A DNA stretch of 64,000 bases from an uncultured Actinomycetes bacterium (lineage in GTDB: Bacteria; Actinomycetota; Thermoleophilia; RBG-16-64-13). Shown piece after piece: positions 16,854 through 28,451 of this stretch (positions are counted from its first letter, which is position 1; the number at the start of each line of letters is the position of its first letter). The notes below the pieces were generated by a model that did not search any database, had not been told where the DNA came from, and was given only the letters and a program-made list of their open reading frames with translations. The DNA is taken from contig CAWJDT010000004.1 in the NCBI GenBank assembly GCA_963841735.1, positions 128,001 through 192,000 of the forward strand. Reading direction: 5' to 3'. The translations under genes were made by a program, and so were the position numbers.

Positions 16854-17276
16854 ATGAGCATTCCTCAGTTGTCGGTGTTTGTGGAGAACAAGCCTGGGCA
16901 TTTGGCCGATACGCTGGCCACCCTGGCGGGCGGCGGTGTAAACGTGCTTTCTTTCACCATCGCCGATACCGCTGACTACGGCATTCTGCGGATTATCGTC
17001 GACCGCGTGGAGCAGGCGAAAGATCTGCTTAACGCAGCAGGCTACGCGGTTGTTGAGCACCCTGTGGCGTGCGCAGTGCTGTCAAATGAGCCGGGGGCGC
17101 TGGCTTCGGTGGTACGGTTGGTTTCCGGCTCCGGCTTGGACATCGAGTACATCTACTTGGGCGTCGGCGACTCGCTGCTGATGAAAGCCGAGCAGGTAGA
17201 CAAGCTTGAGAAGCTGTTGGTCGACAGTGGACTCCGGGTGCTCAGTCGCGGTGATCTCGGCCAGCCGATGGTGTAG
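16854..17276 (+). CDS. Tandem ACT-domain protein of the type usually linked to paaK
   Basis: QLSVFVENKPG, DTADYGILRIIV, NEPGALA, DIEYIY. Confidence 0.9.
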   Translation: MSIPQLSVFVENKPGHLADTLATLAGGGVNVLSFTIADTADYGILRIIVDRVEQAKDLLNAAGYAVVEHPVACAVLSNEPGALASVVRLVSGSGLDIEYIYLGVGDSLLMKAEQVDKLEKLLVDSGLRVLSRGDLGQPMV

Positions 17277-17290
17277 GCGATCACGCAGTC

Positions 17291-18168
17291 GTGAGTTTCG
17301 ACCAGTTTCTGCAATACGTCTTCAGCGGAATCCAGAGCGGGAGTATCTATGCTCTGACAGCGCTCGGTTTCACCTTGGTCTTCAACGCCACCCAAGTCAT
17401 CAACTTTTCCCAGGGGCAACTGGTCATGCTGGGGGCATGAGCGGGGTCGCCTTGTATGGGACTGGTCTACCTATGTGGGCCAGTTTCGGGCTGGCGGTGG
17501 TCGCTGTTGCTGTGATCAGCGTCGGTTTCGAGCGTGTCGCCATCAGGCCACTGCTGCGAGCGGGGGTGCTTGCTCAAGTGGTCGCCACCGTAGGGATGTC
17601 GTTTGTGTTCGAGACTGCGGCCATGCTCATTTGGGGCAGGGAACCGGTGCCGTTGCCCGCATTCTCGGGGGAGAAGCCGATCTTCGTAGGAGGGGCGACC
17701 ATTGTGCCCCAAACGTTTTGGGTGGTGGGTCTTACGGTGGTGATCGTTGTCGGCCTGCAGCTGTTCTACCAAAAGAGTCTGTTTGGCAAGGCGGTGCGGG
17801 CCTGCGCGGTCGACCCGACGGCCGCGCGACTTCAGGGTATCTCGTACCGCTGGGTGGTGGTCTTCAGCTTTGCTCTGACGGGGGCCATATCAGCGGCGGC
17901 CGGAGTGATGATCACTCCTATCAGCTTCATGAGCTATCACTCGGGGTCGATGCTCGGCCTGAAGGGCTTCGCGGCGGCGACCGTGGGAGGTATCGGCAGT
18001 CCCGTGGGGGCGGTCGTAGGTGGATTCGCCCTCGGCATCGTGGAGTCGCTGGGGGTGGGGATAGTGTCCTCCGGCTACAAGGACGTCATCTCCTTTGGCA
18101 TCCTGCTCTTGGTGCTGTTCCTCAGGCCTTCGGGTCTGTTGGGTGCTAGGACGGTGACTAGGCAGTGA
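17291..18168 (+). CDS. livH: Branched-chain amino acid-type ABC transporter permease, one frameshift at the G run near 17431
   Basis: 5' frame reads SFDQFLQYVFSGIQSGSIYALTALGFTLVFNATQVINFSQG; 3' frame gives GKAVRA, LKGFAAATVGG, RPSGLLG. Confidence 0.88.
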
Positions 18169-19173
18169 GCAGCAGGGTTTCACTTGGACCGTATTTGCGC
18201 AGGCACGCCGGCTACCTGGTGCTGGTACTGGTGGTCATGACCATCCCGGCCTACTTGGGCAGTTCTTACTATCTGGGGATCCTCGGCGAAATGGCCACGC
18301 GCTTCATTATGCTGCTGGGGCTGAGTCTGCTGGTCGGTCAAGCCGGGCAGATCTCTCTGGGCCAGGCAGGTTTTGTGGGCATAGGCGCCTACGGCTCGGC
18401 CATCTTGACTACGAAGGTGGGACTTGACCCTTGGGCAGCCATGGTCTTGGCAGCCGGACTGGCGGCGGTAATCGCGGGTTTGGTAGGCATGCCTACACTC
18501 AGACTCAAGGGGTACTACCTGGCCATGGCCACTCTTGGGGTCAACGAGATCATCTATATCCTCTTGGGCCGGCTCAAAAGCCTGACGCGCGGTGTTGATG
18601 GCATCAGCGGCATTCCCTCTCTCAGCATCGGGGGCCTCGACCTGGGTACGCCAAGGGCGTATCACTTTGTGACCTGGGGCATCGCGCTGGTGACGCTGCT
18701 GATAGCTCTAAACCTTTCGCGTTCGCGGGTGGGCCGTTCTCTTAGGGCGTTGCATCAGTCGGAGCCTGCTGCACAGTCTCTGGGCATCGACACCTCTTAT
18801 CGGAAAGTGCAGGTGTTCATGGTGGCGGCTGTGTTTGCCAGCCTGGCCGGCAGTCTTCGACGCCTACCGTATTCATTTCATCGAGCCAAAGGGATACACA
18901 ATCACCTTCTCCGTCCTCCTTATCAGCGGAGTGATAATCGGAGGACTGCGCAGCATCTGGGGGGCGCTGTGGGGCACCATGGTCATAGTGATCCTGCGCC
19001 AGCTGCTATCGAGGTTGGGGCTGGAGGACTACGAGAACCTTGTATACGGCGTGTTGCTCGTTGCCCTGATGGTGCTGTGGTATGGAGATGGTCAGGGCCT
19101 GTGGCGCCGTGTGAGGGGATGGCTGCCGGGCCGCGGCTCGGGAGACGACAGTCGGCTGGGAGCGGAGGAGTGA
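18165..19173 (+). CDS. livM: Branched-chain amino acid-type ABC transporter permease, frameshift near 18857
   Basis: GQAGQISLGQAGF, LRLKGYYLAMATL, SRVGRSLRA; C-terminus in second frame (IIGGLRSIWGALWG). Confidence 0.88.
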
Positions 19174-19181
19174 ACAAGACC

Positions 19182-19947
19182 ATGGCTCTACTGAGCGTAG
19201 AAGGCGTCTCCAAGAGCTTTGGAGGACTTGACGCCCTCAAAGAGGTAAGTTTTGCCGTACACGAGGGTCAGATCAAAGCGCTGATAGGCCCCAACGGGGC
19301 CGGAAAGACCACGCTCTTCAACGTGGCCTCGGGTTCCTATCGGCCTAGTGAGGGACGGGTGGTCTTCTGCGGGGTCGACGTGTCGAAGAAGCCGTCCACA
19401 CAGTATCTGTCGGTTGGGACTGGGGAGGACCTTCCAGCACAGTCTTGTCTTCGACGAGATGAGCCTGGTTGAGAACGTCGCGGTGGGGCGGTATTCGCGG
19501 ACTAAGGCTGGTTTGCTCTCGGCCGCGTTGACGCTGCCCTTACATCGCAGAGAGGAGTATGAGACGTTGAAGGCCGCCCATGAGGCTCTTCGGCGGGTTG
19601 GTCTGGACGGACGGGCCGAGGAGCAGGCGGACAACCTGCCGATGGGTGAGCGGCACCTACTCGAGATCGCCCGGGCGCTGACGGCTGAGCCGCGCCTGCT
19701 ATTGTTGGATGAACCTGCTGCCGGCCTGAACGACGACGAGACGACCAGCCTGGCGGACATGGTTAGAAAGATAAGGGACGAGGGAGTGACCGTGCTTCTT
19801 GTGGAGCACGACATGACTTTCGTCATGGAGATATCGGATGAGGTGGTGGTGCTTGACTACGGTCGGAAGATCGCGGAGGGGCCGCCACTCATGATTCAAG
19901 ACAACGAAGAAGTGATCAAGGCGTATTTGGGAGAGGAGTTGGGGTGA
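19182..19947 (+). CDS. livG: ABC transporter ATP-binding protein, frameshift near 19390
   Basis: Walker A GPNGAGKTT; second frame RTFQ, LLLLDEPAAGLN, VEHDM, AYLG. Confidence 0.9.
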
Positions 19948-21172
19948 TGAAGAAGACTGGAACAGGTGGGATCACGAGGGCACTGTGGCTTCTGGCGACT
20001 GTGCTGTTGGTCGCCATGCTGGCCCTGCTGGCCGGCGCGTGCGGCGACAAAGACACTACCGGCACGACTGCGGGCGGCTCGCAGCCGACAGGCGACCCAG
20101 TGGTCATCGGGGCCATCGTGTCGGCTACAGGGGCCAACTCGGCTCTTGGCGCTCCGGAGCGTAACGTGCTTGAGATGATGGAGGGCTATATCAACGGGGC
20201 GGGCGGAGTGCTGGGTAGGCCGCTCGAGATCATCATCGAAGACGACAAGAGTGATTCGGCCGCCGCGGTTACAGCTGCCAATCTGCTTATCGAGCAGAAG
20301 AAGGTCGTGGCTCTGATCGCGGCGACGGGCTCGGCTTCCACGATGGCTGTGAAGGGGATCACGGCAGAGAAGGGCCTGCCGCAGATGGCGATGGTGGCGG
20401 CAACGAGGCTCACGGACGAACCGCCGATGGAGTGGATCTGGCGGACTCCGCAGAAGAACACGACGGTGGTGGAACGTACGCTCACGTACGTCTCGGATAC
20501 ACTGAAGGCTTCACAAGATAGCGGTACTTTACGACGAGAATGCCTTTGGCGCGTCTGGCTACAACGAAATCGTCAAGACCGCGAGCGATCACAATCTGGA
20601 AATCGTGGCCAGTCGAGTCGTACAAGACCGACGACACTGATATCACCGCACAACTCACCAGTATTAGAGGCGCGAGTCCCGAAGTCCTGATCGTGTGGGG
20701 TACGCACCCAGGGCGCGGCTTTGGCCGCCAAGAACATGAAGCGACTCGGCATGGACATCCCCTACGTGGGCAGTCATGGCATCGCCAACGCCAAGTTCAT
20801 CGAACTGGCCGGTGATGCGGCGGAAGGCGTGGTATTCCCAGCTGGGCGCTTGCTCGTGCCCAGCTCGATCACCGATCCCAAGCAGAAGGCGGTCACCGAT
20901 CTCTTCGTAGAGCACTACACGCTACGCGTGGGGTCAAGCCCCGAATACCGTTCGCCGGTTACGCCTTTGAGGCCATCAGCATTTTGGTCGACGCGATCGA
21001 AAGAGCGGGCAGCACGGATCCGGCCGCCATCCAGGCGGCGCTGAACGCCACACAGGGATGGGTTGGCCCGGACGGCGTGTACAACTACTCGGTGACCAAT
21101 CACGACGGTCTAACCGCCGCGGACATGATAATGGTGAAGATCGAGGGCGGCACCTGGGTAGAGGTCAAGTAG
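19944..21172 (+). CDS. ABC transporter substrate-binding lipoprotein (LivJ/LivK family), several frameshifts at about 20510-20980
   Basis: Lipobox LAGA|C; GGVLGRPLEIIIEDDKSD; later pieces SHGIAN and GPDGVYNYS..HDGL lie in other frames. Confidence 0.85.
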
Positions 21173-21187
21173 TACAGGGAGGCGTGA

Positions 21188-21935
21188 GTGCTTCGATTGC
21201 GCCAAGTCGTGCCGGATACGGCAGGACTGAGGTACTCCACGAGCGTCGACGTCAGTGTCGAGCGAAGGGGAGATCCTCACCATCATCGGTGCCAACGGAG
21301 CCGGCAAGAGCACGCTGCTCAAGGCCATGTCCGGGGTGGTGAGGATCTCCAGCGGTTCGATAGAGTTCGCCGGCGAGCGCATCGATTCTCTCGAAATGGA
21401 GAGTATCGTGGCTCGCCGCGTTGGTCCAGATTCCCGAGGGTCGCAGACTTTTCGCGCCGTTGACGGTGGAGGATAACCTGATGCTCGGTGCGTACTCGCG
21501 AAGACGCAAGGGCACGCCTCTCGGGCGAGCGTATGGAGAAGGTGTTCGCGCTATTCCCAAGGTTCAAGGAGCGACTGGAGCCAGCAGGCGGGAACCTTGT
21601 CCGGCGGCGAGCAGCAGATGCTGGCGATCGGCCGAGCTCTCATGGCCGAGCCGCAGCTTCTTCTGCTCGATGAGCCATCGATGGGTCTGGCGCCCATCGT
21701 CGTGCGGGACATTTTCAAGAGTCTGCGGCAGCTCAACCAAGAGGGCCTGACCATGGTGTTGGTGGAGCAAGATGCTCGTATCGCCTTGAGCCTGGCCAAT
21801 CGCGGGTTGGTCATGGAGCGTGGGCGTATCGTCCTTGCAGACACCGCCCAGGCGCTGTTGGACGATCCTGAAGTCCGGGCCATCTACTTCGGCCGGCGTG
21901 GCCCCGGCCAAAGACGGGGGATGGAGAGCACATGA
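21188..21935 (+). CDS. livF: ABC transporter ATP-binding protein, several frameshifts
   Basis: AGYGRTEVLH, GANGAGKSTL, IPEGRRLF, LSGGEQQMLAIGRALM, LDEPSMGLAP spread over different frames. Confidence 0.88.
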
Positions 21936-23237
21936 ACGAGATCTGGAACCCTGAATACGAGAGCATGACCCGGGACGAGCTGCGGGAATTGCAGTTCAAG
22001 CGGCTGCAGATGACGCTCCGCTGGGTCTACGAAAACGTCCCCTTCCACCGGGAGCGGTGGATCGAGATGAAGTTGAAGCCGGCCGACATCCGCACCTTGG
22101 CCGACCTGAGCAAGCTCCCGTTCACGGTGCGGGCCGACTTCAAAGCCGCGTACCCGTACGGGCTGTTCGCGTTGCCTCTGGAGAAGGTCATCCGCATCCA
22201 CGCCTCGTCGGGCACCATGTCCAACCCCACGGTCGTGGGCTACAGCCGGGGAGACCTCAGCACCTGGTCGGAGCTATGTGCCCGGGTGGCTGTGGCCGGT
22301 GGCGTCCGCTCGCATGACGTCGCCCAGATCTCCTTCGAGTACGGACTGACCACTGGAGCTTTCGGCATGCACGCCGGTCTGGAGCGCGTGGGAGTCACCG
22401 TCATCCCAGCCTCCACCGGCAACACGCAGCGGCAGCTACAGATCATGCGTGACTTCAAGACCACCGTGTTGGTGGGCGCGCCTTCCTACGCGATGCATAT
22501 GACGGACGTGGCCGCGGAGATAGGGTTCGATCTCAAGAGCCTGCGTCTCCGAGTGGGCTTGTTGGGCTCTGAGCCCTGGACAAACCAGACCAGGGAGGAG
22601 CTCGAGCGCCGTACGGGCATGTCGGCCAGCGACATCTACGGTCTTTCGGAGGTCATCGGTCCAGGCATATCGTACGAATGCTTCAACAAGGACGGGCTGC
22701 ACATCAATGAGGACCATTTCTTGGTGGAAGTGGTGGACCCCGTGAGCGGGGAGCCTGTGCCGGAAGGCAAGGAGGGCGAACTGGTGTTCACGTCGCTAAG
22801 CAAGGAGGCCGTTCCGGTCATACGTTACCGGAGCGGAGACCTGGCGTCTGTTAGCTATCGCCCCTGCGCCTGTGGCAGGTTGTTTGCACGCCACAGCAAG
22901 GTATATTCGCGCACCGACGACATGGTCGTCATCCGGGGAGTGAACGTCTACCCGGTTTCCATCCACGCGGTTCTCTCGGATATTGAGACAGGTGGAACCG
23001 CACTACCAGATTCTCCTATACCGGGAAGGATCGCTCGATCAAATCGAGGTGCAGATAGAAGTGGAGTCATCTTTTCTGCCTGACGCCGTCAGAAAGCTCC
23101 AGGGCTTTCAGCACGACGTGGAGGAGAGGCTTCGTCGGGAGTTGGGCGTCCGGCCTCGGGTGCGCCTGGTGGAACCGAAGACGATCCCGCGCGACCCAGG
23201 GGAGAGGCCCAGGGTTATCGACAACCGGGGGGTCTGA
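21932..23237 (+). CDS. paaK: Phenylacetate-CoA ligase family protein, frameshift near 22990
   Basis: YPYGLFALP, RIHASSGT, DIYGLSEVIGPG, GLHINEDHF, IRYRSGD, RTDDMVVIRGVNVYP; C-terminus in frame 22983-23237. Confidence 0.88.
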
Positions 23238-23307
23238 TACACTCCCGCGATGGCGATGATTTTCCGGGTGCCAACCGGTCGTATGAGTGTCTTTTCTGGA
23301 GGTTGCT

Positions 23308-24520
23308 GTGAAACACCCCGAGTTTCTCTTTACGTCGGAGTCCGTTAGCGAGGGGCATCCCGACAAGATTGCCGATCAGATATCAGACGCGGTGCTGGAC
23401 GCCGTGCTCAAGGACGATCCCGCGGGTCATGTGGCCTGCGAGACCCTGATCACCACCGGTTTAGTGGTCGTGGCCGGCGAGATCAGCACCAGCTACCTAC
23501 GTGGACGTACCGTCCCTGGTTCGGTCTACCATCGAGCGGATCGGCTACACGCGGGCCAAGTACGGGTTCGACTCCTCCACGTGCGGAGTGGTCACGGCTA
23601 TTCACGAGCAGTCCCCGGATATCAACCAGGGAGTCCAAGCTGCCCTCGAATGCAGGGTGGACCCGCAAGACATCGACGCCATGGATTGCCAGGGAGCAGG
23701 CGATCAGGGCATGATGTTCGGCTACGCGTGTACCGACACGCAAGAGCTCATGCCTATGCCGATCTTGCTCTCGCACAGGCTGGTGCACCGCATGAGCGAG
23801 GTCCGCAAGGGCGGCGTGCTCAACTACCTTCGTCCCGATGGCAAGAGCCAGGTGACGGTCCGCTACGTCGATGGCAAGCCGGAGTTCATCACCGCGGTGG
23901 TGTTGTCCACTCAGCATAAGGACGGCATCGACATCGACATGCTCATGAGGCCCGACCTCATCGACCACGTGATCAAGCCCGTCTTGCCCGAAGGCCTGTA
24001 CGATCCTGAATTCAAGAAGACGAAACTCTATGTCAACCCCACAGGCAAGTTCGTCGTCGGGGGGCCCATGGGGGACACAGGTCTGACCGGCCGCAAGATC
24101 ATAGTCGATACATACGGTGGTTTCGGCAGACACGGAGGCGGCGCATTCTCGGGCAAGGACCCCTCGAAGGTAGACCGCTCGGGAGCCTATGCCGCACGTT
24201 GGGTCGCCAAGAACCTCGTTGCCGCGGGACTGGCCGACAGGTGCGAAATCGAGATCGCATATGCAATCGGTGTGGCCCATCCGGTGAGTGTCATGGTCGA
24301 CTGCTTCGGCACGGAGAAGATCGACCCGGCTCGCATATCGGAACTGGTGAGTGAACATTTCGACCTGCGGCCTGCGGCCATTATCCGCGACCTGCGCCTT
24401 CTGCGTCCCATATACCAGAAGACTGCGGCCTACGGGCATTTTGGCCGGGAAGATGCAGACTTCACGTGGGAGGCCACCGACAAGGCCGACGCTCTGCGCA
24501 AAGCCGCCGGACTGAGCTAG
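23308..24520 (+). CDS. metK: S-adenosylmethionine synthetase, frameshift near 23495
   Basis: [56 protein letters not shown]; RBS GGAGG before GTG 23308. Confidence 0.97.
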
Positions 24521-24541
24521 CCGGAGCCCCGGCGGGGTGCG

Positions 24542-26863
24542 GTGGGGCCGCTGGAGGTGAGGGTGGCGGCGATCATTGGTGATGAGTGCGGAGTGGTCCA
24601 GGTAGTCCCGCTGCTGAAGCTGAGCCACTTGGGCAACCGGCGATACGACTACAAGGTGCCGCGGGGATTGTCAGGTCGCGTAGCCGTAGGGTCGGTGGTT
24701 ACTGCTCCCTTCGGGAGTCGTAGCGTGCGTGCCGTCGTGGTGGGCCTTGACCCAGCGGGAGAGAGTGATCCTGCGGGATTGCGTGATCTCGAAGCGCTTG
24801 AGGATCGCTGCATCCCAGAAGACTTGGTCAAGCTCGCTGCTGTCTTGGCGGAGAGGTATCTTTCGACCTTTGAGTCTTGTCTGCGTCTGGTTGCTCCCCC
24901 CACGGCGGGTCGCTCCGGAGCCGTCGGCGGAAGTCTCCGACACCCGTGGGTAACGCGATGCTTGGGGTCGCCGGTCAGAGCGGTTGACCCGGCAGGCTGC
25001 GGTGACGATGGGGGCGATCTGGTAGGCAGCGCTACTCCAGCGGCCGAAGACGCCCCCGATACGCGTGATGAGAAGCCGCTCACTGCCAAGCAGAAGGCCC
25101 TACTTGAAGCTATACCCCTCGGTGGAGCCGCTGCGGCACTGCTGTGTGCCCAGATGGGGGTGGGAGTGACGGTTCTGCGCGCTCTGGAGCGCAAAGGACT
25201 TGTGGAGAGGGGGCCGGCGCCGTCAGGGGACGATGCGGGCCATGAGAAGGTCGCGGAGCCGTTGGGGGTGGGGCCGAGGCTGTGGCCCGAGCAGGAAGAG
25301 GCCGTGCGTGGCCTGGTGGAGGCGTACGAAGCTCCTGGTCTGGCGCGCAGGCTTCTGTGGGGTGTCACCGGGAGTGGGAAGACGGAGGTCTACCTGCAGG
25401 TGGTCGCGCGCGTTTTGCGCGACGGAGCAGGGGCGATCCTGTTGGTGCCCGAGATCGCGCTCACGCCGCAGATGATTGAGCGAGTGCGCGCCCGTTTTGG
25501 GAATGCGGTCGGGGTCCTTCACAGCGGGCTCTCCCCGGCGACAAGGAGGCGCGAATACCGCCGCATCGCTGAAGGCGATGCCCGGGTGGTGGTGGGCGCG
25601 CGGTCCGCGATCTTCGCTCCCGTAGCCGACCTGCGCTTGGTGATAGTGGACGAGAGTCACGACGGTTCCTACAAGCAAGAGGAGGAGCCGAGATATCACG
25701 CCGGAATGGTGGCTGAGCTTCGTCTCCGCGAAAGCGGAGGGCTGCTGCTGGAAGGGAGCGCGACTCCCTCGGTCGAATCCATAAGCCGCGTGGGTGAGTG
25801 CCTGCGCTTGACTCACCGGGCCGCAGGGAGCATGCCCGAGTGCGAGGCGGTGGACATGAGGCACCAGGGGGGAGGCCAGCTGCTCGCTCCCCGAAGCCGG
25901 GAGGCTCTGGCCGAGACGCTGCGGCGGGGGGAGCAGGCGATCATTCTTCTCAACCGGCGGGGCTTCGCCGGCCACGTGCACTGTGAGCTCTGCGGCCACG
26001 TCATGACCTGCGGCGACTGCGAGCTTTCGCTTACCTACCACAGCAGTGAGGGTAGGCTCGTTTGTCATCACTGTGGCCGGACCTATGCGCAACCTCGGGT
26101 GTGCCCGGTTTGCGGCGAGGCCCCCCTCACCAAGGCGGCTCCAGGTACGGAGCGGCTGGACAGAGAACTGAGGCGTTTTGTGCCGCACGAGCACGTATTC
26201 CGGCTGGACTCGGACATTCTCACCAGTGGCGCTCGAGTGCGGTCGGTGCTCCAAGAATTCTCTTCCAAGCGTCCTGCGGTGTTGGTGGGGACACAGATGG
26301 TGGCGAAGGGGCACGATTTTGCCGATGTGACCCTAGTGATTGTGGCCGACGCCGACACAGGGCTGTACGTGCCTGACTTTCGAGCAGCCGAAAGGACCTT
26401 CCAGCTCCTGACCCAGGTTGCCGGGAGGGCTGGGCGGGCCGAGCGGCCGGGTCGCGTGCTGGTGCAAACCTGGAATCCGGAAGTGCCCTGTATTAGAATG
26501 GCTTTGGAGCGCGACGAAACGGCGTTCTACGGCCTGGAGCTGGACTCTCGGGAGCGGCTGGGCTACCCACCGTTCGCCGAGTTGGTGCGTATGACGACCG
26601 TGGCGGAACAGAGCGAGCGCGCTGAGCAGGGCGCGCGGCATCTGCTTGATAGGCTGGGCCGCTATTTCGGGGCGCAGGAATTGCATGGCCCGGTGCGGTT
26701 GCCGACCCTGCGGGGACGCAGTCGCTGGCATCTTTTGGTGGCCGCGCGCGATGGGGAGCGAACGCGTGTGATTGTTGGGCAGGCTCTGGCGCAGCTGCGC
26801 GATCCCTACCGGCAGCGCGGGGTTAGGCTGCTTGTCGATGTTGATCCCCTATCTTTTGGCTGA
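24542..26863 (+). CDS. priA: Primosomal protein N' (replication restart helicase)
   Basis: GVTGSGKTEVY, VPEIALTPQ, DESHD, four CxxC pairs, GTQMVAKGHDF, QVAGRAGR, DVDP; start uncertain. Confidence 0.96.
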   Translation: MGPLEVRVAAIIGDECGVVQVVPLLKLSHLGNRRYDYKVPRGLSGRVAVGSVVTAPFGSRSVRAVVVGLDPAGESDPAGLRDLEALEDRCIPEDLVKLAAVLAERYLSTFESCLRLVAPPTAGRSGAVGGSLRHPWVTRCLGSPVRAVDPAGCGDDGGDLVGSATPAAEDAPDTRDEKPLTAKQKALLEAIPLGGAAAALLCAQMGVGVTVLRALERKGLVERGPAPSGDDAGHEKVAEPLGVGPRLWPEQEEAVRGLVEAYEAPGLARRLLWGVTGSGKTEVYLQVVARVLRDGAGAILLVPEIALTPQMIERVRARFGNAVGVLHSGLSPATRRREYRRIAEGDARVVVGARSAIFAPVADLRLVIVDESHDGSYKQEEEPRYHAGMVAELRLRESGGLLLEGSATPSVESISRVGECLRLTHRAAGSMPECEAVDMRHQGGGQLLAPRSREALAETLRRGEQAIILLNRRGFAGHVHCELCGHVMTCGDCELSLTYHSSEGRLVCHHCGRTYAQPRVCPVCGEAPLTKAAPGTERLDRELRRFVPHEHVFRLDSDILTSGARVRSVLQEFSSKRPAVLVGTQMVAKGHDFADVTLVIVADADTGLYVPDFRAAERTFQLLTQVAGRAGRAERPGRVLVQTWNPEVPCIRMALERDETAFYGLELDSRERLGYPPFAELVRMTTVAEQSERAEQGARHLLDRLGRYFGAQELHGPVRLPTLRGRSRWHLLVAARDGERTRVIVGQALAQLRDPYRQRGVRLLVDVDPLSFG

Positions 26864-26892
26864 GATCTGCGGAAGGATGGTCTAGGACGCAA

Positions 26893-27447
26893 ATGGTCGC
26901 AAAGCGAAGGGATTTGGGCATTCTGTCATCTCAAAAACGTCGTCTGGAGCAAATCCGGACCTTGGGCGATCCTGTACTGAAGCAGGAGGCCGGACCTGTT
27001 ACGGTCTTCGACAGTAAGCTACAGAAGCTGGCAAGGCTCATGATGGACGTGATGGAGCGCGAGGAAGGCGTGGGTTTGGCGGCTACCCAGATCGGGATTC
27101 TGAGCAGGGTGATCGTGTGGAAGCATCCCGAGAGCGAAACCGAGCGCTACGTGTTCGTCAACCCTCAGATCATCGAACGATCTGAGACGTGCTGCACCGA
27201 GTCGGAGGGTTGTCTATCGGTGCCCGGTGCCAGCATGGAGGTCACCCGGGCCGAGGAAGTGGTAGTAGAAGCCCAGGACTTGGCTGGTGAGAACCTCCGC
27301 ATGCATGCTACCGGCATGCTGGCCCGCATAGTCCAACATGAGATCGACCACCTTGATGGATACCTGATCCTTGACCGGACGTCGCCCGAGGAGCGACGTC
27401 GGGTGCTAAGAGAGCTGCGCGAGCGGTCCCTAGCGGCGGGAACGTGA
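26893..27447 (+). CDS. def: Peptide deformylase
   Basis: GVGLAATQ, EGCLS, QHEIDHLDG. Confidence 0.97.
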   Translation: MVAKRRDLGILSSQKRRLEQIRTLGDPVLKQEAGPVTVFDSKLQKLARLMMDVMEREEGVGLAATQIGILSRVIVWKHPESETERYVFVNPQIIERSETCCTESEGCLSVPGASMEVTRAEEVVVEAQDLAGENLRMHATGMLARIVQHEIDHLDGYLILDRTSPEERRRVLRELRERSLAAGT

Positions 27448-28451
27448 ACTTCGCATTCGCAGGCACTCCCGATTTCGCCGCGTGGGTGCTGTACAACCTC
27501 GTCAATCTCGGGCACCGACCCTCGTTGGTCATCTCCCAACCCGATCGACCCAAGGGTCGTGGCCGCCGGGTGTCGCCGCCTCCGGTAGCCGTGGAGGCCC
27601 AGAGACTGGGTCTTGAATGCGCGCAGACCCACGACATCAACGACCCTGGGCTGATTGCGCGCCTGTTGGAAGGTGGGGTCTCGGCGCTACTGGTGGCGTC
27701 GTTTGGGCAGATGCTGCGCCGTCCGCTACTGGACGCGGTCACGTGTCTCAACGTGCACACGTCGCTGTTGCCGAAGTACAGGGGGGCGGCTCCCATCGAA
27801 CGAGCATTGGCGGCAGGCGAGGCTCAGACGGGTGTGAGCATCATGCGGGTAACCGAGAGGCTGGACACGGGACCATGGGCGTTGCAGACTTCTCTATCGT
27901 TGAACTTGTACGACGATGCCGCGTCGGTCGCCCGGTGCCTGGGGGTACTGGGAGCCATCGGGGCGGCGCAGGTGATCTCGGCCCTGCCGGAGGGAACGGT
28001 GGTTTGGACCGAGCAGACCGGACAGTCATCGTACGCCCCGAAACTGACCGCGAAAGACGGGGTTCTCCACCCTGATTTGGGGGCCAAGGCGGTTCATGAT
28101 CACATCCGGGCGGTGAGTCCGGCCGCCGGCGCTCGGACCCGGAGTGGCTCTCTCGACTTCAAGGTCCACCGTAGCTGGCCTTATGGACAGCCTGGATTGG
28201 CCGAGTTGCCTGCGGACGCGGAAGAGGTGGCCGGAAAGGCGGGAGGCGTCGCCGTGGCCAAGGACCGGCTGTTCATAGGCTGTGCGGAAGGTGCGATAGA
28301 GGCTCTTGTGTTGCAACCTTCCGGCAAGTGCCGCATGACGTCCGCCGATTTTCTGCGAGGGTACGGCTGTCGCTTGAGTGGGAGCCTGGAGCCCCCAGTA
28401 GGTGCGTTTTCCTCGGGTTGCGCTGAGGTTGGAGAGGAGAATACTCCGTGA
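27444..28451 (+). CDS. fmt: Methionyl-tRNA formyltransferase
   Basis: FAGTPDFA, QPDRPKGRG, NVHTSLLPKYRGAAPI, LDTG, YAPKL. Confidence 0.96.
   Translation: MNFAFAGTPDFAAWVLYNLVNLGHRPSLVISQPDRPKGRGRRVSPPPVAVEAQRLGLECAQTHDINDPGLIARLLEGGVSALLVASFGQMLRRPLLDAVTCLNVHTSLLPKYRGAAPIERALAAGEAQTGVSIMRVTERLDTGPWALQTSLSLNLYDDAASVARCLGVLGAIGAAQVISALPEGTVVWTEQTGQSSYAPKLTAKDGVLHPDLGAKAVHDHIRAVSPAAGARTRSGSLDFKVHRSWPYGQPGLAELPADAEEVAGKAGGVAVAKDRLFIGCAEGAIEALVLQPSGKCRMTSADFLRGYGCRLSGSLEPPVGAFSSGCAEVGEENTP

Noticed and set aside
16767-17060. 98-aa N-terminal extension of adenine deaminase
   Set aside because: Antisense to the well-conserved ACT gene; Ade homology begins after MHEREQ
23238-23307. SAM riboswitch upstream of metK
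   Set aside because: Gap is only about 70 nt and I see no SAM-I/IV core motifs
23483-26314. Long antisense ORFs (381 aa opposite metK, 363 aa opposite priA; similar ones opposite dapL, EF-G2 and rel)
   Set aside because: Shadow frames expected from high-GC codon bias; no motifs or RBS
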